Position numbers and translations under genes: made by a program. 64,000 bases of DNA, from positions 19,233 to 83,232 of the forward strand of contig OZ242200.1 in assembly GCA_965205995.1 (NCBI GenBank), read 5' to 3'. This DNA is from Alphaproteobacteria bacterium. GTDB taxonomy: Bacteria > Pseudomonadota > Alphaproteobacteria > MPNO01. The notes under the pieces are model-generated. The model ran no database searches, was not told the DNA's origin, and saw nothing but the letters and a program-made list of their open reading frames with translations. Shown here in pieces: positions 1-9,879 of this stretch. The first letter of the stretch is position 1. The number at the start of each line of letters is the position of its first letter.

Positions 1-852
1 TTCCCAGAACTCGTTGAGCCCTTTCGATATCCGCAAGCCTGCCTCGGCGGCCTCCGGCCCGAGATCGAATAGGGACTTGCGCAGATCCGCCGGCAGCTTG
101 TTGAGCCACAGCTTGCTGAAAAACAGGCCCGTCGGAATGAACCCGCCATGGGTCAGCGTGATGTGCTTGGCGACGCTGTAGAACTTGGACGGCCCCATGA
201 CCAGGATCGCGCTCCGCGCACCGTCGATCACCTTGCGCTGGATGGCCGGCAAGACCTCCGAATACGCCATCGGAATGCCCGTCATGCCGATGGCCTTCGT
301 CAGCTCGATTTCGAGCTTGCTGGCCAGCACGCGGATCTTCTTGCCTTTCATGCTTTCCAGCGTGGCCAGGGGCACGCGCGCGGCGATCGCGCCCTCCCCG
401 GAACCGAACAGATAGGAACCGACGATACCCTTGGCCTCGGCGAGCTTGAGCAATTTGTCGCGCGCTTTGGGATGATTGACGGTTCGATGCAGATGCTCGA
501 TGTCATCGAACAGCCCGGGTGCGTCGAGCACTTGAAACGCCGCGTTGATCCCGACGAAGAACCCGGGCGGTGTGTGGAACGCTTCTTGCGTGCCGAGCTG
601 GATACCTTCGATCTGACGCGGGATCTTGCCCAGCTGAGCCGCCGGGAAAAGGCGAACCTTGAACCGGCCGTCGGTCCTCTTTTCGATCTCTTTCTTGAAA
701 TACCTGGACGATCCGTGCTGCGGACCGTTGATCGATCCAAATCCGATTTTCAAGTCCAGGCTCTGGGCTAAACTGCCGCCTGCCCAAGTCGCCATGGCGA
801 CGGTAGCGACCAAACTAACAACGGTGACCGGCCGCACTGAAGTCATCTTCAT
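1..852 (-). CDS. TRAP transporter substrate-binding protein (DctP family), C-terminally truncated by window edge
   Basis: Reverse-strand translation from ATG (complement of 850-852) gives MKMTSVRPVTVVSLVATVAMATWAGGSLAQSLDLKIGFGSINGPQH..., signal peptide plus DctP-like periplasmic binding fold; not in ORF track because no in-window stop. Confidence 0.75.
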   Translation of the reverse strand, partial: MKMTSVRPVTVVSLVATVAMATWAGGSLAQSLDLKIGFGSINGPQHGSSRYFKKEIEKRTDGRFKVRLFPAAQLGKIPRQIEGIQLGTQEAFHTPPGFFVGINAAFQVLDAPGLFDDIEHLHRTVNHPKARDKLLKLAEAKGIVGSYLFGSGEGAIAARVPLATLESMKGKKIRVLASKLEIELTKAIGMTGIPMAYSEVLPAIQRKVIDGARSAILVMGPSKFYSVAKHITLTHGGFIPTGLFFSKLWLNKLPADLRKSLFDLGPEAAEAGLRISKGLNEFWE

Positions 853-983
853 TCGAGCCTCCCGTCCATTGGCGCCGAAGCATCGCTTCCGGCTTGAAAA
901 TCGTTCCTTCGCCGAGCTTCCTCAGATGGATTCACCGATCTTCCACGACGGCATCAGGATTCAAATCCGACCACAAATCCGCG

Positions 984-1649
984 CTAACCGGTGAAAGCGA
1001 AATCCGGCCCGCCCGCCGCGACCACGCGGCGGAGCGCGGCGAGCGCCCGGCGATAATCCAGCGCCAGCGCGGCCAGCGCCGGGAGTTCGCCCGGCCGCTT
1101 GCACAGCTCGACGAGAACCCGGGCGCGCCGCCTGCCGCGGGAGGCGAGCGCCGATGCCGGGACGCTTCGCCCCGCCGGGTCGGCGATCGCGCGGATGGCG
1201 ATCGCCGGCAGCCCGGCCCCGGCCACCGCGTGGCTTTCCATGTCGACGGCGGCGGCGCCCGAGGATGCGGCGAGCGCGGCCTTGGCGGCGGCGTCCGCGA
1301 CCGGCGCGTCGGCCCCGGCGATCGGCGCGCGGATGACGGGCAGCGCGGGCGCCAGCGCGGCGGCGAGCCGGTCCGCCCATTCGCCGGCGATGCCGAGCGG
1401 GCCGCCGTCCGGAGCGACGATGCCGGTGGCGATCACCACCGTCCCCGGAGGCAGCCCGGGATCTAGCCCGCCGGCGACGCCGAAGCTCACCAGCCCGGCG
1501 GCGCCCCACTCGACCAGGGACTCCGCGTGGGACCGCGCCCGTTCCGGCGAGGCGTTGCAGCAGAGGATCCGGATGTTGTCGCCGCCGCGCGCCGCCCGGG
1601 CTTCTCCAGGAAGGCCGGTGACGATCCCCAGACGCCGCGCCGGGCTCAC
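984..1649 (-). CDS. hpnG: hopanoid-associated phosphorylase HpnG (PNP/MTA-SAH nucleosidase family)
   Basis: C-terminal ~220 aa of the 409-aa ORF (VVSPARRLGIVTGLPGEARAARGGDNIRILCCNASPERA...AAVDMESHAVA) match nucleoside phosphorylase fold; likely GTG start overlapping shc TGA (GTGA); immediately downstream of shc as in hpn loci. N-terminal 190 aa of the ORF is antisense overlap with shc and rejected. Confidence 0.65.
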   Translation of the reverse strand: MSPARRLGIVTGLPGEARAARGGDNIRILCCNASPERARSHAESLVEWGAAGLVSFGVAGGLDPGLPPGTVVIATGIVAPDGGPLGIAGEWADRLAAALAPALPVIRAPIAGADAPVADAAAKAALAASSGAAAVDMESHAVAGAGLPAIAIRAIADPAGRSVPASALASRGRRRARVLVELCKRPGELPALAALALDYRRALAALRRVVAAGGPDFAFTG

Positions 1650-3661
1650 AACCCGAAGGGCGAGGTCTTGGCGGTGCCGCCGATGAGCCGACGATAGCGC
1701 GCCAGCGCGAGGATCGGGAAATAGGCGCTGTAGCCGTGATACCGGAGATAGAAGACGCGGGGAAAGCCGACCGCGTTGGTATGGTCGTCGCGCCAGGTGC
1801 AGCCGTCCCGCGGCGCGTCGAGCAGATATTCGATGCCGCGCCGCGCCGCCGCGCCGTCGACCTCGCCGGCGGCCATCAAGGCGAGCACCGCCCAGGACGT
1901 CTGGCTCGGTGTCGAGGAATGGGCCTCGGCGCGCCGGCCCGGCCAGTAGACCGCGCCGTTCTCGCCCCAGCCGCCGTCTGCGCGCTGCCGCCCTTCCAGC
2001 CAGCGGACCGCGCGGCGGATATGGGGCGCCGAGGGATCCTCCTCCAGCGCGTTGAGCGCGGTGAGAACGCACCAGGTGCCGTAGACATAGTTCATGCCCC
2101 AGCGCCCGTACCAGGAGCCGTCCTCCTCCTGTTCGCGGATCAGGAAGTCGATGCCGCGCGCCACGGCCGGGTCGTCGCGCGTTCGGCCGAGTTGCCCGAG
2201 CATGCCGATGCAACGCGCGGTCACGTCCGATGTCGGCGGGTCGAGCATCGCGCCGTGGTCGGCGAAGGGGATGCGGTTGAGATAGTCCTTGGTGTTGTCG
2301 ATGTCGAACGAGCCCCAGCCGCCATTGGAGCTCTGCATGCCGGCGACCCAGGTGGCGCCGCGGCGGATCGCTTCACCGGCGCCCTCCGGCCGGGCGCGGT
2401 CGAGCGCCATGACGACGACCGAGCTGTCGTCGGTGTCGGGGTAGTGCTCGTTGCGGTATTCGAACGCCCAGCCGCCGGGTTCGAGCCCGGGACGGTCGCG
2501 CGCCCAATCGCCCCTGGTATCGGTGATCTGTTCGTCCAGCAGCCAGGAAGAGGCGCGCCTGGCGGCGGTCTCGTTGTCCTCGCCGCCGGTCTCCATCAGG
2601 GCGTGCGCCGCGAGCGCGGTATCCCAGGTCGGCGACAGGCAGGGCTGGCAGATGGTCTCCCCGTTCTCCACCGCGAGCAGCCGCCGCACCGCGGCCAACG
2701 CATCGACGAACAGCGGATCGTCCCTGGCATGGCCCAGCGCGCGAAACGCCATCGCCGCATAGGCCATCGCCGGGAAGATGCCGCCGATCCCGTGGTCGCC
2801 GTTGCGCCGTTCGACGATGAACGCCAGCGCCCGGTCGAGGGCGCGCCGCTTCAGCGCGGCCGGGACGAGGGGAAGCGCGAGGCGGAGCGCCCGGTCGACC
2901 CCGAGGAAGAACCTGGCGAGCAGCCCCCTGGTGGACGGGACCAGCGCCGGGCAGTGCCGCCACGGGTCGGCCGCGAACAGCTCGCCGATGCCGGTCTCCC
3001 GCGGGTTGGCCGCGCGCGGCCGGCGGTCGAGCACCACCAGGAGGGGCACGATCGTCGTGCGCGACCAGTAGGACACCTTGTCGAGGTGGATCGGGAACCA
3101 GCGCGGCAGCAGCAGGATTTCCAGCGGCATCGCCGGCACCGCGCGCCACGGCAACTGCCCGAACAGCGCCAGCGCGATGCGGGTGAACACGTTGCACCGC
3201 GCGGCGCCGCCCCGTTCGAGGATCGCCGTCCGCGCCATTCTCATATGCGGCGCGTCCGGGTCGTCGCCGACGCATTTCAGGGCGAAATAGGCCTTTACGG
3301 ACGCGCTGACATCGGTCTCGCCGTCATGATAGAGCGGCCAGCCGCCGTCGGCGCCCTGGCGGCTGCGGATATAGGCGGCGATCCGGGCCTCCACCCCGTC
3401 GTCGATCTCGTCGATGAAATGCTCGAGCAGGACATATTCGGCGGGGATCGTCACATCGGCTTCGAGGGGGAATGCCCAGTGACCGTCGGCCTTCTGGCGG
3501 GCGCGCAAGGAAGCTGCGGCGTGTCCGACTTCCCGGTCGATACGCGCTGCCAGCCCCTTCGGACCGGGGTCGGTCGCCGCGGCCGGCGCCGGCCGCGCTG
3601 CCCCCGCGGCGACGTCTTCATGCGCGTATTCTTCCACCCGGCCCCCTTCCAAACGCCCCAC
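1646..3661 (-). CDS. shc: squalene-hopene cyclase
   Basis: 671 aa; QW-type repeats (GGWG, DGGW, DGSW), conserved DxDDTA-like region (DTDDSSVVVMALD), overall terpene cyclase architecture; GTG start. Confidence 0.9.
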   Translation of the reverse strand: MGRLEGGRVEEYAHEDVAAGAARPAPAAATDPGPKGLAARIDREVGHAAASLRARQKADGHWAFPLEADVTIPAEYVLLEHFIDEIDDGVEARIAAYIRSRQGADGGWPLYHDGETDVSASVKAYFALKCVGDDPDAPHMRMARTAILERGGAARCNVFTRIALALFGQLPWRAVPAMPLEILLLPRWFPIHLDKVSYWSRTTIVPLLVVLDRRPRAANPRETGIGELFAADPWRHCPALVPSTRGLLARFFLGVDRALRLALPLVPAALKRRALDRALAFIVERRNGDHGIGGIFPAMAYAAMAFRALGHARDDPLFVDALAAVRRLLAVENGETICQPCLSPTWDTALAAHALMETGGEDNETAARRASSWLLDEQITDTRGDWARDRPGLEPGGWAFEYRNEHYPDTDDSSVVVMALDRARPEGAGEAIRRGATWVAGMQSSNGGWGSFDIDNTKDYLNRIPFADHGAMLDPPTSDVTARCIGMLGQLGRTRDDPAVARGIDFLIREQEEDGSWYGRWGMNYVYGTWCVLTALNALEEDPSAPHIRRAVRWLEGRQRADGGWGENGAVYWPGRRAEAHSSTPSQTSWAVLALMAAGEVDGAAARRGIEYLLDAPRDGCTWRDDHTNAVGFPRVFYLRYHGYSAYFPILALARYRRLIGGTAKTSPFGL

Positions 3662-3738
3662 AACTTGCCCGGATCACGCAACCCATTGGTGCGTAACCCT
3701 AAATGTAGCACTGAGTCTTGTCCATGATCGCCGGCGAA

Positions 3739-4593
3739 TCAGCCCAACACCCCGTATCTGAGCGCGATCAGGATTTTCTCCGGCCGGGAGATGCGGACCG
3801 GGGTTTCGAGGTGCGACCAGCCCCTGCGTTCGAGCTCCCCGAGCACGCGGCGGTAGTTCATCATCATCGCCCGGGCGGGGCGAAGCGCCCGGCGGTCGCA
3901 GGCGCGGAACGCCGTCTCCGCCTCGGCGAAGCGGGCGCGCGCGATCCGGGCGAGCGCCTGGCAAGCCTCGGGGATCGCCGGATGGCGCAGGGTCTCGCGC
4001 GGCGTTGCGATCTCGATTGCCGCCTCGTCGAGCAATTCGCGCGGCAGGTAGAGCCGGTCCCGCTCCGCGTCCTCGATCAGGTCGCGGAGGATATTGGTGA
4101 GCTGCAGCGCCGTGCCGAGCGACAGCGCGAAGGACTGTTCCGCCGGCCCCGCGGCGCCGAAGGCGCGGATCGCGAGCAGCCCGACGGCGCCCGCCACCCG
4201 GTGGCAGTAAAGCTCCAGCTCCGCCAGAGCCGGCGCCCTGAGCCCGTCGCCCGCATCCATCCGCATCCCCTCGATCACCGCGAGGAAATCCTCGCGGCGC
4301 AGCCCGAACCGGCGCACCGGCTCGGCCAGGGCGCGGGCGGTGAGCTGCGCCGGGGCGCCGGCATAGAGCGCGTCGATCTCGTTGCGCCACAAATCGAGGC
4401 GGCGGCGCTTCTCGTCGGGCGCGTCCTCGCCGTCGGCGATATCGTCGACCTCGCGGCAGAACGCGTAGATCGCCAACATCGCCTCGCGGCGCCGCCGCGG
4501 CATCAGGCGCATCGCCCAGTAGAACGATGTGCCGGAGGCGGCGGTGACGGCGCGGACATGCGCCTTTGCCCGACCATCGGTTCCGGAATCCAT
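3739..4593 (-). CDS. hpnD: presqualene diphosphate synthase HpnD (squalene/phytoene synthase family)
   Basis: 284 aa; SFYWAMRLMP...AIYAFCREVDDIADG and second Asp-rich region LQLTNILRDLIEDAERDRLYLP typical of trans-isoprenyl diphosphate synthase head-to-head family, HpnD-like signature YAFCRxVDDIAD. Confidence 0.8.
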   Translation of the reverse strand: MDSGTDGRAKAHVRAVTAASGTSFYWAMRLMPRRRREAMLAIYAFCREVDDIADGEDAPDEKRRRLDLWRNEIDALYAGAPAQLTARALAEPVRRFGLRREDFLAVIEGMRMDAGDGLRAPALAELELYCHRVAGAVGLLAIRAFGAAGPAEQSFALSLGTALQLTNILRDLIEDAERDRLYLPRELLDEAAIEIATPRETLRHPAIPEACQALARIARARFAEAETAFRACDRRALRPARAMMMNYRRVLGELERRGWSHLETPVRISRPEKILIALRYGVLG

Positions 4594-4764
4594 CCATCAC
4601 AACTATTGCCCCGCGCGGCGATTCGCAATAGCCCGCTCGCGGCAACCGCCGCCGGAAAACCGCGCCCCGCCGGCACCGAGCCGCTTGACCCGGATGCCGC
4701 GGAGCCTATCGTAACGCTGCAACGACGTTTCACATATGAAATGCCTCCAGGCGGGAACCGCGCC

Positions 4765-4998
4765 ATGCCCGTAACAGATTACGAACCGGGAAATATTCGG
4801 CACCAGACCCAGGTCGACGCGGCGCCGGGAGATTATGCGGCGGCGCTGACCGACCGGCTGGAGGAGATTTTCGGGCGCGGCATCCACGATCTCGACGGCA
4901 TCGTCGGGGCGCTCAACCAGGACGGGCCGGCCCCGGAAGGCGCGGAGAGCTGGACCGCGGAACTCTTCGAGGCCGAGATGACGCGGCTCGGCCCGTAA
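4765..4998 (+). CDS. small hypothetical protein (77 aa) translationally coupled to the Rieske oxygenase gene
   Basis: In-frame ATG at 4765 (alternative ATG 4741) to TAA at 4998; high GC3 codon usage; stop 14 nt before the Rieske gene start with GGGGAGG RBS between; MPVTDYEPGNIRHQTQVDAAPGDYAAALTDRLEEIFGRGIHDLDGIVGALNQDG... Confidence 0.35.
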   Translation: MPVTDYEPGNIRHQTQVDAAPGDYAAALTDRLEEIFGRGIHDLDGIVGALNQDGPAPEGAESWTAELFEAEMTRLGP

Positions 4999-5011
4999 GG
5001 GGAGGATCGGG

Positions 5012-6043
5012 ATGGAGATATCCGATGCCGGGACGCTGTTCGATCTCGGCGTGCGCAACCGCTGGTACGCGATTGCCGCGAGCTGGATGATCGAGGATCG
5101 GCCGGTCGCGCTGACGCGGCTCGGCGAGCGCATCGTCGTCTGGCGCGACGAAGACCGGGTCCAAGTGCTCGCCGACCGCTGCCCGCATCGCGGCGCGCAG
5201 CTCTCGAAGGGCTGGAATCTCGGCGACCGCCTGGCCTGCTGGTATCACGGGCTGGAGGTCGACGGCACCGGCACCGTGGTCGCGATGCCGGCGATCGGCG
5301 ACTGCCCGCTGGTCGGCACGAGGGCGGTGAAATCCTACCCCGCCTTCGAGCATATGGGCGGCATCTTCGCCTATTTCGGCGACGCGCTGCATCCCGAGCC
5401 GGTGCCGTTCGAATACCCCGAGGAGCTGCGCTCGCCGGAATGGAGCGCGATCCTCTGCACCTCGCATTGGCGCTGCAACTACCGCTACGCGATCGACAAC
5501 GTGATGGACCCGATGCACGGCGCCTATCTGCACGCCGAATCGCATTCCATGGGGCGCGGCGACAAGGACGCGAGGATGCGGATCCGCGAGACCGAGCACG
5601 GGCTGATGTTCGAAAAGACCAACCAGCGCGGGGTCAATTTCGACTGGGTCGAGTTCGCCGATACCGGGGCGCAGTGGATGCGGCTCTCGATCCCCTATCA
5701 GCGCAATGCCGGGCCGGGCGGCGCCTTCGGCATCGTCGGCTTCGTCACCCCGATCGACAGCGACAATTGCCGCGTCTTCTTCTGGCGCACCCGCAAGGTG
5801 GCGGGCTGGGAGCGTTCGGTCTGGCGGTTCATGTACAAGCACAAGCTGGAGACCCTGCACTGGGAGGTGCTGGAGCAGGACCGCATCCTCCTCGAAGGCA
5901 TGCCGAGCGACGCGCGCGACCACGAATTCCTCTACCAGCACGACACCGGGATGGCGCGCGTCCGGCGGCTGATCGAGGACGAAGCCGAACGCCAGGCCGC
6001 CGCGCTGGCGGCCGACGGCACCGCCGCCGAGGCGGCCGAATAG
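5012..6043 (+). CDS. Rieske [2Fe-2S] non-heme iron oxygenase alpha subunit, VanA/TsaM-like monooxygenase class
   Basis: 343 aa; Rieske motif CPHRGAQLS...17 aa...CWYHG; N-terminal NRWYAIA like VanA-type oxygenases; catalytic domain with His/Asp ligands (DPMHGAYLH). Confidence 0.85.
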   Translation: MEISDAGTLFDLGVRNRWYAIAASWMIEDRPVALTRLGERIVVWRDEDRVQVLADRCPHRGAQLSKGWNLGDRLACWYHGLEVDGTGTVVAMPAIGDCPLVGTRAVKSYPAFEHMGGIFAYFGDALHPEPVPFEYPEELRSPEWSAILCTSHWRCNYRYAIDNVMDPMHGAYLHAESHSMGRGDKDARMRIRETEHGLMFEKTNQRGVNFDWVEFADTGAQWMRLSIPYQRNAGPGGAFGIVGFVTPIDSDNCRVFFWRTRKVAGWERSVWRFMYKHKLETLHWEVLEQDRILLEGMPSDARDHEFLYQHDTGMARVRRLIEDEAERQAAALAADGTAAEAAE

Positions 6044-6052
6044 GAGGACGCC

Positions 6053-6550
6053 ATGGAGACCGCGACCGGCCGCAGCCTCGCCGACTGGATGGAGGCCCGC
6101 ATCGCCCGCTACGACACCCGGCGCTACGACTGGGACGCGCTCAAGTTCCAGGCCGATTACGATCCCAAATACCGGCGCGCGCAGATGCGCTATCTCGGCA
6201 CCGGCGGCACCGGGGTGACGGACGATTCCAACGCCGTGCCGTCGGAACATTTCACCTTCTCGACCATGGTGCTGCCGCCCGGCTGCGAGGGGCCGTCGCA
6301 TGTCCATGACGACGTAGAGGAGGTGTTCTTCATGCTGCGCGGCAGGATCCGCCTGACGCTGGAGCGCGACGGCGAGAGCTTCGAGACCGAGCTCGGCGAG
6401 CGCGATCTGATCTCGGTGCCGCCCGGGGTCTATCGCGGGCTGGTCAACGAAGGCGAGGAGGAGGCGCTGATGTGCGTGATGCTGGGCGCCTCCAGGCCGC
6501 GCATCCCGACCTACCCGCCCGACCACCCGCTCGCCAGGATCAAGCGCTAG
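6053..6550 (+). CDS. cupin domain protein
   Basis: 165 aa; cupin motifs PPGCEGPSHVHDDVEEVFFMLRG ... ISVPPGVYRG; AGGAGG RBS. Confidence 0.7.
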   Translation: METATGRSLADWMEARIARYDTRRYDWDALKFQADYDPKYRRAQMRYLGTGGTGVTDDSNAVPSEHFTFSTMVLPPGCEGPSHVHDDVEEVFFMLRGRIRLTLERDGESFETELGERDLISVPPGVYRGLVNEGEEEALMCVMLGASRPRIPTYPPDHPLARIKR

Positions 6551-6551
6551 C

Positions 6552-7406
6552 GTGGCCCTGCCGCCGCTCGAGACCGTCGAACGGCACGGCCGGCGGATCG
6601 CCTGGCGCGCGGCCGGGGAGGGGCCGCCGGTCCTGCTGCTGCACGGTATCGGCTCGGGCTCGGCTTCCTGGGAGGCGCAGCTCGACGCGCTCGCCGGGCG
6701 CTACCGGGCGATCGCCTGGGACGCGCCGGGCTATGGCGGCTCGGACCCGCTGCCCGGCGACACCCCGCCTTCGGGCGCCTATGGCGACGCGGTGGCCGAC
6801 CTCCTCGACGGGCTCGGGATCGGGCGCGTCAACCTGGTCGGCCATTCCCTCGGCGGGCTGATCGCGGCGTCCTTCGCCGCCCGCCACCCCCAACGGCTCG
6901 CGAGCCTCACACTGTCGGACGCGGCGGCGGGGTATCTGAATTCCCCCGAGGAAATCCGCGTCGGCCGGCTGAACGCCCGCGTCGAGGCGATGACCACGCT
7001 CGGCCCGGCGGAGGTCGCCAAGCGGCGCGCCCGCGAGGTGCTCGCCCCCGGCGCGCCCGACGAAACTTACGAGAAGGTGCGCGCGGTGCAGAGCCGGGTT
7101 CGCCCCGAAGGCTACGCCCAGGCCGCGCGGATGCTGCATGGCTCGGACATCTTCGCCGACGCCGCCTGGATCCGCGGGCCGGTGCTGGTGATGTATGGCA
7201 GCGAGGACAAGGTGACGCCCGAGGCGATCGGCCGCGACATCGCCGCCGCGATTCCGGGCGCGCGCTACCTCACCCTCGAAGGCCTCGGCCATGCGAGCTA
7301 TGTCGAGGGGCCGGCGGCGTTCAACGCCGCGCTCACCGGATTCCTGGACGGGGCCGGAACGAGCGGCGACCGCCCCCCGTCCCCGGCCGCCGCGCCGGCT
7401 GGGTAG
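6552..7406 (+). CDS. alpha/beta hydrolase
   Basis: 284 aa; HGIGSGSASW oxyanion region and GHSLGG nucleophile elbow; GTG start 2 nt after cupin stop. Confidence 0.8.
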   Translation: MALPPLETVERHGRRIAWRAAGEGPPVLLLHGIGSGSASWEAQLDALAGRYRAIAWDAPGYGGSDPLPGDTPPSGAYGDAVADLLDGLGIGRVNLVGHSLGGLIAASFAARHPQRLASLTLSDAAAGYLNSPEEIRVGRLNARVEAMTTLGPAEVAKRRAREVLAPGAPDETYEKVRAVQSRVRPEGYAQAARMLHGSDIFADAAWIRGPVLVMYGSEDKVTPEAIGRDIAAAIPGARYLTLEGLGHASYVEGPAAFNAALTGFLDGAGTSGDRPPSPAAAPAG

Positions 7407-7411
7407 GAACG

Positions 7412-8206
7412 GTGGATCTCGGGCTTGCGGACAAGGTGGCGGCGATCACCGGCGGGTCGTCGGGGATCGGCCTGGCGGCGGCGCGGATCTTCCTCGAGGA
7501 GGGCGGCCGGGTGGCGATCTGCGGCCGGTCCAGCGAACGGCTGGCCGGCGCCGAACGGGCGCTCGCCGGGCCGCACGGCGCGGACCGGGTGCTGGCGGTC
7601 GCCTGCGACGTTACCGATCCGGTCCAGGTGGCGGCGTTCCGCGACCGCGTGGCGGCGCGCTTCGGCCGCTCCGACATCTTGATCGCCAATGCCGGCCAGG
7701 CGCGCCGCGGCGGGTTCGACGACCTCGCCGACGACGAGTGGCGCGCCGAGCTCGACCTCAAATTCTTCTCCGTCCTGCACCCGGTGCGCGCCTTCCGGAA
7801 GCTGCTCGAAGCGGCCGCGCCGTCGGCCATCGTCTGCACCAGCGCCCTGCTCGCGCGCCGACCCGAGCCGTGGCTGATCGCGACTTCGGCCGCCCGCGCC
7901 GGCGTGCTGAACCTCGCCAAGTCGATGAGCCGCGACTTCGCGCCCAAGGGAATCCGCGTCAACTCCGTCCTGATCGGGCTGGTCGATTCGGGGCAGTGGA
8001 ACCGCCGCCACGAAGAGGGCGCGGGCGCCGGGAAGAGCAAGCAAGAGTGGTTCGCCGCGCTCGCCGCGGAGCGAGGCATTCCGCTCGGCCGGCTCGGCGA
8101 GGCCGACGAGGCGGCCAGGGTGATCGTCTTTCTCGCCTCTCCCGCGGCGAGCTATCTGACCGGCGAGACGATCGAGGTCGCGGGGGGGCAGGGGCATCAT
8201 GTCTGA
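7412..8206 (+). CDS. SDR family NAD(P)-dependent oxidoreductase
   Basis: 264 aa; TGGSSGIG Rossmann motif, NAG motif (ANAGQ), catalytic S...YxxxK-type region. Confidence 0.85.
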   Translation: MDLGLADKVAAITGGSSGIGLAAARIFLEEGGRVAICGRSSERLAGAERALAGPHGADRVLAVACDVTDPVQVAAFRDRVAARFGRSDILIANAGQARRGGFDDLADDEWRAELDLKFFSVLHPVRAFRKLLEAAAPSAIVCTSALLARRPEPWLIATSAARAGVLNLAKSMSRDFAPKGIRVNSVLIGLVDSGQWNRRHEEGAGAGKSKQEWFAALAAERGIPLGRLGEADEAARVIVFLASPAASYLTGETIEVAGGQGHHV

Positions 8207-9845
8207 GCGGGTTGCGGCGGGCGAAATCGTCGCCGCGTTTCTCGAAGCCGCCGGGGTGGACGCCGCCTTCGGGGTGATCTCGATCCACAACATGCCGATG
8301 CTCGATGCGATCGGGCGGCGCAACCGCATCCGCTTCGTGCCGGCCCGCGGCGAGGCCGGCGCGGTCAACATGGCCGATGCCCACGCGCGCGTCTCCGGCG
8401 GGCTCGGCGTCGCCTTCACCAGCACCGGGACCGGCGCCGGCAATGCCTGCGGCGCGCTGGTCGAGGCGCAGACCGCCGGCACGCCGCTGCTCCATCTGAC
8501 CGGCCAGATCGAAACCGAATATCTCGACCAGGACCGCGGCTATATCCACGAGGCGCGCGACCAGCTGACCATGCTGCGCGGCGCCTCGAAGGCCGCCTTG
8601 CGGGTGCGCAGCGCCGCCGATTTGCCGGGCGCCCTGCGCGAGGCCGCGCGCGTCGCGCAGACCCCGCCCGCCGGCCCGGTGAGCGTCGAGATCCCGGTCG
8701 ACATCCAGGAGGCCTCGCTGGCGAGACCGGCCTCGCTGGCGCCGCTGGCGCCGGCCGATCCCGAACCCGACGCGGCGGCGCTCGATGATCTCGCCGACGC
8801 CCTGGCGGCGGCGCGGCGGCCGATGCTGTGGCTCGGCGGCGGCGCGCGCCGGGCGGGGGCCGAAGCCCGTGCGCTCGCGGGTCTCGGCTTCGGCATCGTC
8901 ACCAGCATCCAGGGGCGGGGCATCGTCGCCGAGGGCGGCCCGATGTCGCTCGGCGCTTGGAACTTCCAGCCGCCGGTCGAGGCGTTCTACGCGACCTGCG
9001 ACGCGATGCTGGTGGTCGGTTCCCGGCTGCGCGGCAACGAGACGCTCAAATACCGGCTCGCTCTGCCGAAACCGCTCTACCGGATCGACGCCGATCCCCG
9101 GGCCGACGGGCGGTCCTTCGCCAACGATATCTTCGTCTGCGGCGACGCGGCGCGGACGATGGCCGGGCTCGCCGCCCGGCTCGGCGGGCGGATGGCGGTC
9201 GACCCGGCGCTCGGCGCCGATCTCGCCGCCGCCCGCGAGGCCGCCGAGGCGGCGCTTCGCCAGACCCTCGGGCCCTACGAACGGCTGATGGACGACCTCC
9301 AGGCGGCGGTCCCCGACGATGTCGTCTGGGTGCGCGACATCACGCTTTCGAACAGCATGTGGGGCAACCGCGCGCCGCGCCTTTCGGGGCCGCGCGACGG
9401 GGTGCATGCGCTCGGCGGCGGCATCGGCCAGGCGCTGCCGATGGCGATCGGCGCCGCGCTCGCCGCGCCCGGGCGCAAGACCGTGGCGCTCGCCGGCGAC
9501 GGCGGGCTCTCGCTTTCGCTCGGCGAGATGTCCACCCTGGTGCAGGAGCGCGCCGATGTCGCCCTCATCGTGATGAACGACGGCGGCTACGGGGTGATCC
9601 GCAACATCCAGGACCGCAGCTTCGGCGGGCGAAACCTCTATACCGACATCGCGCTCCCCGATCTCGCGGCGCTCGCCGGCGGGCTCGGCCTGCCGTTCCG
9701 CCGCGTCGGCGATGCCGACGGCATGCGGCCGGCGCTCGACTGGGCGATCGCCGAGGACGGCCCGGCGATGGTCGAGATCGACATGACCGCAATCGGCCCC
9801 TTCGCGGCCCCCTTCGCCGGCCCGCCGGTGCGGGCGAAGGGATGA
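8199..9845 (+). CDS. thiamine diphosphate-dependent enzyme (acetolactate synthase/benzoylformate decarboxylase family)
   Basis: 548 aa; N-terminal Pyr domain, central domain, C-terminal PP domain with GDGG...N ThDP-Mg motif (LAGDGGLSLSLGEMSTL...MNDGGYG); 8-nt overlap with SDR. Confidence 0.85.
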   Translation: MSERVAAGEIVAAFLEAAGVDAAFGVISIHNMPMLDAIGRRNRIRFVPARGEAGAVNMADAHARVSGGLGVAFTSTGTGAGNACGALVEAQTAGTPLLHLTGQIETEYLDQDRGYIHEARDQLTMLRGASKAALRVRSAADLPGALREAARVAQTPPAGPVSVEIPVDIQEASLARPASLAPLAPADPEPDAAALDDLADALAAARRPMLWLGGGARRAGAEARALAGLGFGIVTSIQGRGIVAEGGPMSLGAWNFQPPVEAFYATCDAMLVVGSRLRGNETLKYRLALPKPLYRIDADPRADGRSFANDIFVCGDAARTMAGLAARLGGRMAVDPALGADLAAAREAAEAALRQTLGPYERLMDDLQAAVPDDVVWVRDITLSNSMWGNRAPRLSGPRDGVHALGGGIGQALPMAIGAALAAPGRKTVALAGDGGLSLSLGEMSTLVQERADVALIVMNDGGYGVIRNIQDRSFGGRNLYTDIALPDLAALAGGLGLPFRRVGDADGMRPALDWAIAEDGPAMVEIDMTAIGPFAAPFAGPPVRAKG

Positions 9846-9879
9846 GCGGACCCTTCGTTACGCGCCGGGGAACAAGCCC

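Noticed and set aside
984-2213. 409-aa ORF as a single hpnG gene, and 974-aa (49432..52356), 1092-aa (18550..21828), 630-aa (14482..16374) and 567-aa (37910..39613) ORFs as single proteins
   Set aside because: N-terminal extensions run through the upstream gene in another frame. Internal Met or GTG starts with RBS and known family lengths give coxL plus coxS, Mo-hydroxylase plus isochorismatase, SDR alone, and HAD alone.
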